DNA of 64,000 nucleotides, taken from Tubiluchus corallicola (lineage: Eukaryota > Animalia > Priapulida). Each line of letters starts with the position of its first letter. Position 1 is the first letter of the stretch. The notes below the pieces were generated by a model. It was not told the DNA's origin and did not search any database. It was given only the letters and a program-made list of their open reading frames with translations. Shown here one piece after another: positions 63,567-64,000 of this stretch. A program made the position numbers and the translations under genes. Location of the stretch: the NCBI GenBank assembly GCA_030141605.1, contig JAQGDQ010000027.1, positions 744,001-808,000 of the forward strand, written 5' to 3'.

Positions 63567-64000
63567 GTAAGCAACAAACGAGTAAAAATTAACGCTTAAA
63601 ATACTTTGGTAAGAAACACATTTATAGAAACTATATTACTGCACACCAGTTTTGACCACAGTTTCTACTCCTTGTCTTTAAAAGCTGCTTTCTGTTTGTA
63701 CTCATTCTTGATACTAATATAACAGGAACTTAGGGTAGCCAGGTTTTGCCATACAAATGAAGCCCATTTTCAAATTCCCAAACTCTAGACTAGCCATTCG
63801 GTGCTTAAGATAGGGGATTACTTTTTTGTGAGTAATGAAACTGGTTTCGTTCATGTGTTCCAATCTTTTACTAGCTTGCTGGCACTGAAAATCTAAATAA
63901 CATACGTGGTGCTTACCAGATAACCCCTAAGAAACTTATCCTTTTTCGATCTTGTCAGGCGTCTTCTTACGATTTTCCAAATGTATCAATTAGATCAAGT

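Overview
AT-rich (roughly one-third GC by eye), intron-containing eukaryotic DNA, most consistent with an invertebrate animal genome. It has GT-AG introns, many microsatellites, decayed LINEs and MITEs, and no operons, rRNA or CRISPR. Most ORF-track entries are spurious. Three protein-coding loci are supported. (1) A + strand multi-exon gene (coding exons about 8968-40417) that I assembled by hand from phase-compatible exons into a ~342-349 aa STAC-like protein, with a C1 zinc finger, a STAC U-motif-like segment and a disordered tail but no visible SH3 domains. It has two alternative N-termini, each carrying a Munc13-like putative calmodulin-binding helix. (2) A single-coding-exon GT11 alpha-1,2-fucosyltransferase on the - strand (47603-48799). 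(3) The first two coding exons of a plant-type 'pathogen-related protein' homolog (61548-63566), which runs off the window. The rest is repeats: RTE/CR1-type LINE remnants, an orphan SGNH ORF1-like frame, an internally deleted PGBD3/MER85-like piggyBac, hAT, Tc1, Mutator-like and Helentron-like non-autonomous elements, tRNA-like repeats and simple repeats. All family assignments come from remembered motifs, not database searches. The best candidate for something new is the SH3-less STAC-like protein with swappable CaM-binding-like N-termini.
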